Assembly: GCF_036702645.1 (NCBI RefSeq) | Contig: NZ_JAUBUO010000016.1 | Coordinates: 1-28,185 of the forward strand | DNA: 28,185 nt | DNA from: Microcoleus sp. Aus8_D1 | Lineage (GTDB): Bacteria; Cyanobacteriota; Cyanobacteriia; Cyanobacteriales; Microcoleaceae | Reading direction: 5' to 3' | Notes under the pieces: generated by a model | The model's input: only the letters and a program-made list of their open reading frames with translations | The model's database searches: none | Told to the model about the DNA's origin: nothing | In this document: piece by piece, positions 24,146 to 28,185 of the stretch | How positions within the stretch are numbered: the stretch's first letter is position 1 | How the letters are laid out: each line of letters opens with the position of its first letter | Position numbers and translations under genes: made by a program

Positions 24146-26968
24146 TTGAGTGGATGTGCTGTTTGCCGAGCATTCATGAAAATAAAAATATACAAAATAT
24201 TACACCCGCCGGCGCGGAAAAAAACAGTGATAATTAATCAGGATGCGAGTAGATTAGGTGTCAGCCATCAGGGGAAAATAGAAGCCATGAAAATTCAACA
24301 GCGGAGCCAGGATAGGCCCGATCGCCCAGACAAAATTTCTACGACAAAAGAACTAGATTCGTCGTTGCAAGCATCTTTAGATTTTAAAGTAGCGATCGAC
24401 CGCTCCGCACTGGCGGTGAGAACCGACGCCCGAGGAATTATCAACTACGTCAGCGATCGAGTTTGCTGTATCTCTAATTATTCGCGTACCGAACTGATCG
24501 GCTGCCATTTCGGCATCCTCCACTCGGAATATAAGTCTTCGGAATTAATCAAAAATCTGCGGTCAACTGTTGCGAAAAATGAAGTTTGGCAAGGAGAAAT
24601 CAAGAATAAAGCCAAGAATGGTAGGGATTATTGGGTGTACGCAGCAGTAGTTCCGCTGTTGGACTTCGAGGGAAAATCCTGTCAGTATTTGGCGATCGGA
24701 TTCGACATCACCGATCGCAAAGCCGTTGAAGCCGCCCAGATCGCAGCCAACCACGCAAAAGACGAATTTTTGGCGATCGCGTCCCACGAGCTGCGATCGC
24801 CCCTGAGCGCGATTTTGGGATGGGTACAGCTAGCTCGATCGCGCAAGTTAAACGAAGCGATTATGAACCGCGCTTTGGAAATCATCGAGCGCAACGCCAA
24901 ATTGCAAAACCGGCAAATAGACAATCTCCTCGATTTGAGTCGGCTGCTGCGGGGGAAAGTCCAACTGAACGTCGGCCGAGTTCACCTCCCGTCTGCGATC
25001 GAATCTGCGATCGACACCCTCCGTCCCGCCGCCGAGGCTAAAAAGCTCCGCGTAGAAACACATTTCTACCCCGCTGTCAGCTACATTTTGGCAGATGCAG
25101 AACGCTTGCAGCAAATAGTCTGGAACCTCCTCGCCAACGCCATCAAATTCACCCCAGAATCGACACCAGAGCCAGTTGAAGTGCGGATCGAGCCTACAGA
25201 GTCGGGCACATTGATTCGGGTCAGCGACAGCGGTTGCGGGATCGACCCCAAATTTCTGCCGCACATCTTTGACTACTTCCGCCCCACAGATAGCTTCCAG
25301 GCCAAAGAACAAAACCGGCTCGGGTTGGGACTCTGCATTGTGCGCCAGTTGGTGGAACTGCACGGGGGAACTGTTTGGGCTTCCAGTCCCGGTCTGGGTC
25401 AGGGGGCGACTTTTGGCGTGCTGCTACCGATCGCTCACAGCAACAATTCGCGCGATCGCACTCCGGAGATCGCCCGCACCGAAAACCACGCGGAATCGGT
25501 TTCCAAACCCCTAGCCGGAAAGCAAGTGCTGGTGGTGGAAAGCAGCGCCGAGATCCGGGAATTTCTCAAAACAGCCCTCGAAGCATTTGGAGCCAAGGTA
25601 ACAGCGGTGGGTAGCGCCGGCGAAGCCATGGCCGAGTTGGAACAGTCGCGGCCCGACGTGTTGGTGAGCGATATGGATGTGCCGGAAACAGACGGCTGCG
25701 ATTTGATCCGCCGCGTCAGAGCCATGGAAATGTCCGAGCACAGGGAGCTGCTGCCGGCGGTAGCGCTCACGGGAGGCGTCCGTGAGGAGGATTCGGCATC
25801 GGCGCTCTCTGCGGGGTTTCAGAGGCATTTATCGAAGCCGGTGTCCGCGAATCAGTTGGTAAGTGCGATCGTCCAATTGGCTGGACTGACTGGATTTGGC
25901 TGCTCAGACGCGGGAAATGTTGGGGCGATCGCCCCGCTGCCGGACTCTAACAGTTGTGACGACAAAAATAATGGCGGACAATTGACGGCTGACAGCCAAG
26001 AATTACCGCTGTTGCTGGTAGTAGAAGACAACCATTTTCTGCTGGCTTACCTCCAAACATTATTGAGTCCGTACTATCGAGTCGCCATAGCGATGGACGG
26101 GGTTGAAGGTTTAGAAAAAGCCAAAATATTGCAGCCAAATTTGATTTTGAGCGACCAAATCATGCCCAGGCAAAACGGGCTGGATTTGCTCAAGGAGATT
26201 CGGAACACACCGGAATTGAGTTCGACTCCGGTAATCTTTTTGACAGCGCGATCGGGCATGGAAGCTCGGATCGAAAGTTTGGATGCCGGTGCTGACGATT
26301 ATATTTCCAAGCCTTTTGACGAGAGGGAACTGTTGGCGAGGGTCAGAAATTTGCTGAGAACCCACGCAGCCGAACAGCAGTTGACGGCGCTCAACCGTCA
26401 ATTGCAGCAGCAAAAACGGCAGTTAGAAACAGTGAATCGAGCTTTGCAGTATTTGGCAACTTACGACAGTTTGACTGAGGTAAGAAACCGCCGCTTTTTT
26501 AATGATTATCTCGATACGGAATGGCGGCGTTTGGCGAGGGAAGAAGCGCCGCTGTCTTTGATTATGTGCGATATCGATTATTTCAAACTTTATAACGATA
26601 CTTACGGCCACCAAGCCGGGGATGAGTGTTTGCGACAAGTGGCGCAGGTTCTCCAGTGTTCGGTAAAGCGATCGGCTGATTTAGTTGCGCGTTACGGTGG
26701 AGAAGAATTTGCCGTAGTTTTGCCGAATACGGATATCGAAGGTGCGGCTTGCGTTGCTGAAACGATCGCGCAACAGGTACGGGGTTTGCAGATACTTCAC
26801 GCGAAGTCTGCTGTCAGCGAATATGTCACACTGAGTTTGGGTGTGGCTTGCTGCATTCCGGCGCCGATGTCGCAGCCGGGGACGTTAATTGCGATCGCCG
26901 ATGAGTCGCTGTATCGGGCGAAAGAGGCTGGGCGCGATCGGGTTTCGGTTGCCGCCTTTGAAGCATAA
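24146..26968 (+). CDS. Hybrid PAS sensor histidine kinase - REC - REC - GGDEF diguanylate cyclase
   Basis: H-box ASHELRSPL; HATPase DSGCGI and GLGLCIV; two receiver domains (VLVSDMDVPETDG and LILSDQIMPRQNG); GGDEF RYGGEEFAVVL. Likely true start is the internal Met at about 24287 (MKIQQRSQ). Confidence 0.9.
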   Translation: MSGCAVCRAFMKIKIYKILHPPARKKTVIINQDASRLGVSHQGKIEAMKIQQRSQDRPDRPDKISTTKELDSSLQASLDFKVAIDRSALAVRTDARGIINYVSDRVCCISNYSRTELIGCHFGILHSEYKSSELIKNLRSTVAKNEVWQGEIKNKAKNGRDYWVYAAVVPLLDFEGKSCQYLAIGFDITDRKAVEAAQIAANHAKDEFLAIASHELRSPLSAILGWVQLARSRKLNEAIMNRALEIIERNAKLQNRQIDNLLDLSRLLRGKVQLNVGRVHLPSAIESAIDTLRPAAEAKKLRVETHFYPAVSYILADAERLQQIVWNLLANAIKFTPESTPEPVEVRIEPTESGTLIRVSDSGCGIDPKFLPHIFDYFRPTDSFQAKEQNRLGLGLCIVRQLVELHGGTVWASSPGLGQGATFGVLLPIAHSNNSRDRTPEIARTENHAESVSKPLAGKQVLVVESSAEIREFLKTALEAFGAKVTAVGSAGEAMAELEQSRPDVLVSDMDVPETDGCDLIRRVRAMEMSEHRELLPAVALTGGVREEDSASALSAGFQRHLSKPVSANQLVSAIVQLAGLTGFGCSDAGNVGAIAPLPDSNSCDDKNNGGQLTADSQELPLLLVVEDNHFLLAYLQTLLSPYYRVAIAMDGVEGLEKAKILQPNLILSDQIMPRQNGLDLLKEIRNTPELSSTPVIFLTARSGMEARIESLDAGADDYISKPFDERELLARVRNLLRTHAAEQQLTALNRQLQQQKRQLETVNRALQYLATYDSLTEVRNRRFFNDYLDTEWRRLAREEAPLSLIMCDIDYFKLYNDTYGHQAGDECLRQVAQVLQCSVKRSADLVARYGGEEFAVVLPNTDIEGAACVAETIAQQVRGLQILHAKSAVSEYVTLSLGVACCIPAPMSQPGTLIAIADESLYRAKEAGRDRVSVAAFEA

Positions 26969-27169
26969 TAGTCAACAGTCATTTGTCAATAGTCATTTGT
27001 CAATCGCAATTATATTGTAGTGCGAGGGTCTCGATCGCGATCGGCAATTACGATGAGGATTCGCTCGCACTAGACTCCGAAAAATATTATTCCCATACCA
27101 GCAGAAACGATACGCTTGCAGTTTGACAAAAACTTCTGATTTTCGGAACAAATTAAAAATAATATTGCT

Positions 27170-28185
27170 ATGTCAGAACCACAGCCAAATCCCGCAGAAT
27201 TCAGCAGCTTTGCCGATTGGTGCTTGCACAAAAAAAGTCTTTCGCCAGAGGCTATGCATACTGTTGAAATTTTGTTAAATGAAGCTTACACTTCTAAGTC
27301 TCAGGAGGCAAATGAAATACTTTTAGAGACTACGGATCTGGACTTATCTAACAATAAAATATCAGATCTAACTGCCATAAAATATTTGACTAATTTGATT
27401 TGGCTAAATTTATCTGGCAATCAAGTGTCAGATTTAACTCCCCTGCAATCTCTGACTAATTTGATTTATCTTAATTTATCTGACAATCAAATATCCGACC
27501 TAACTCCCCTGCAATCTTTGACTAAATTAGATACTCTGTATCTGGGCAATAATTTAATATCAGATATAACTCCTTTGCAATCCTTAACTAATTTAATCTA
27601 TTTGGGGATAGCCGACAATCAAATATCAAATTTAATCCCTCTAAATTATCTGAATACTTTGGAAAATTTGGAGTTTAACTTAACATCAGAACAAACGGCT
27701 ATTTTTAGAGAATATGCTCAAAAGTGGGCAGTTATCGTTAACTCCACCCATAGCCTCGATCGCTCTCCGGCCGCAGCCGCCGTCAAAGCTGCTTATATTA
27801 CCGTAGGTTTAGAAGTTCCTGAAATAATTTTTTGCAGCAGCCCTCACTCCGCGATAACAAAATTAAAAAGCCTAAAAATTCCTTTGTTAAGTCAACATGA
27901 GTTAATGGAACGATTTTATGGAAAAATCCAAAATGTTGTTTGCCTCTTGAATTTTATAGAATTTACTAGAGAGACAGGTTTAGGAATAAACCCAACAGAA
28001 AATGATATCTTTCCAATTGCTAGATGGGAAAGTCATTTATTGCCTGAATTTTTCTGGGATGTAGATTATGATGAATACTCAACTGATATCGTTGTTAATA
28101 GGGCATCTGTTGCTGAAGATATGTGCGCGGCTGAATTCTTGATCGCTGAATTCAGCATGGTTTTTAGTGAGGAGATACAAAAAGC
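27170..28185 (+). CDS. Leucine-rich-repeat (internalin-type 22-aa LRR) protein with an unrecognised downstream domain; 3'-partial at the window edge
   Basis: Repeats LSNNKISDLTAIKYLTNLIWLN / LSGNQVSDLTPLQSLTNLIYLN / LSDNQISDLTPLQSLTKLDTLY and more; open to the end of the window. Confidence 0.6.
   Translation, partial: MSEPQPNPAEFSSFADWCLHKKSLSPEAMHTVEILLNEAYTSKSQEANEILLETTDLDLSNNKISDLTAIKYLTNLIWLNLSGNQVSDLTPLQSLTNLIYLNLSDNQISDLTPLQSLTKLDTLYLGNNLISDITPLQSLTNLIYLGIADNQISNLIPLNYLNTLENLEFNLTSEQTAIFREYAQKWAVIVNSTHSLDRSPAAAAVKAAYITVGLEVPEIIFCSSPHSAITKLKSLKIPLLSQHELMERFYGKIQNVVCLLNFIEFTRETGLGINPTENDIFPIARWESHLLPEFFWDVDYDEYSTDIVVNRASVAEDMCAAEFLIAEFSMVFSEEIQK

Noticed and set aside
24563-26982. Numerous antisense and off-frame ORFs inside the HK-REC-REC-GGDEF gene
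   Set aside because: The plus-strand 940-aa ORF has coherent domain motifs throughout; the others are shadow ORFs

Overview
This window appears to be a mosaic accessory region of a filamentous-type cyanobacterial chromosome, judging by the many HIP1 octamers (GCGATCGC) and the STRR-like heptanucleotide tandem arrays. Housekeeping genes (xseB-xseA, remA-gmk, an oligopeptidase A/M3 peptidase, two PAS-rich sensor kinases, one of them a HK-REC-REC-GGDEF hybrid) sit between several less ordinary modules. (1) 13997-16372 (+): a compact candidate RiPP locus, made of a 63-aa Ser-rich precursor-like ORF with a good RBS, a stem-loop, a standalone YcaO and a SagB-type dehydrogenase. A short NB-ARC/STAND NTPase with the cyanobacterial HTH-like N-domain is transcribed divergently from it. 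(2) 157-2447 (+): a Trypco1-like small protein, a trypsin-like serine protease and an FGE-sulfatase (FGS) domain protein. The last two share a homologous roughly 55-aa coiled-coil module, at the C-terminus of the protease and the N-terminus of the FGS protein, reminiscent of the effector-associated-domain logic of NTP-dependent conflict systems. (3) 2616-4339: a REP-associated tyrosine transposase (RAYT) gene flanked by five copies of a roughly 190-bp nested-palindrome REP/BIME-like element with a GTAG head. A second GTAG-headed palindromic family lies at 17955-18125 and 22749-22815. (4) 20628-22453 (-): a KptA/Tpt1 RNA 2'-phosphotransferase homolog immediately upstream of an AAA+ ATPase that has a novel N-terminal region. 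(5) 16508-17550 (-): a two-gene cassette bounded by about 65-bp direct repeats, one gene interrupted by an in-frame TGA. The window also contains a roughly 100-bp polypurine/G-run tract upstream of prlC, a 3x tandem array of an ~85-bp palindrome-containing repeat, and a partial LRR protein at the 3' edge. Coordinates for features not taken from the ORF track are approximate (about +/-2 bp).
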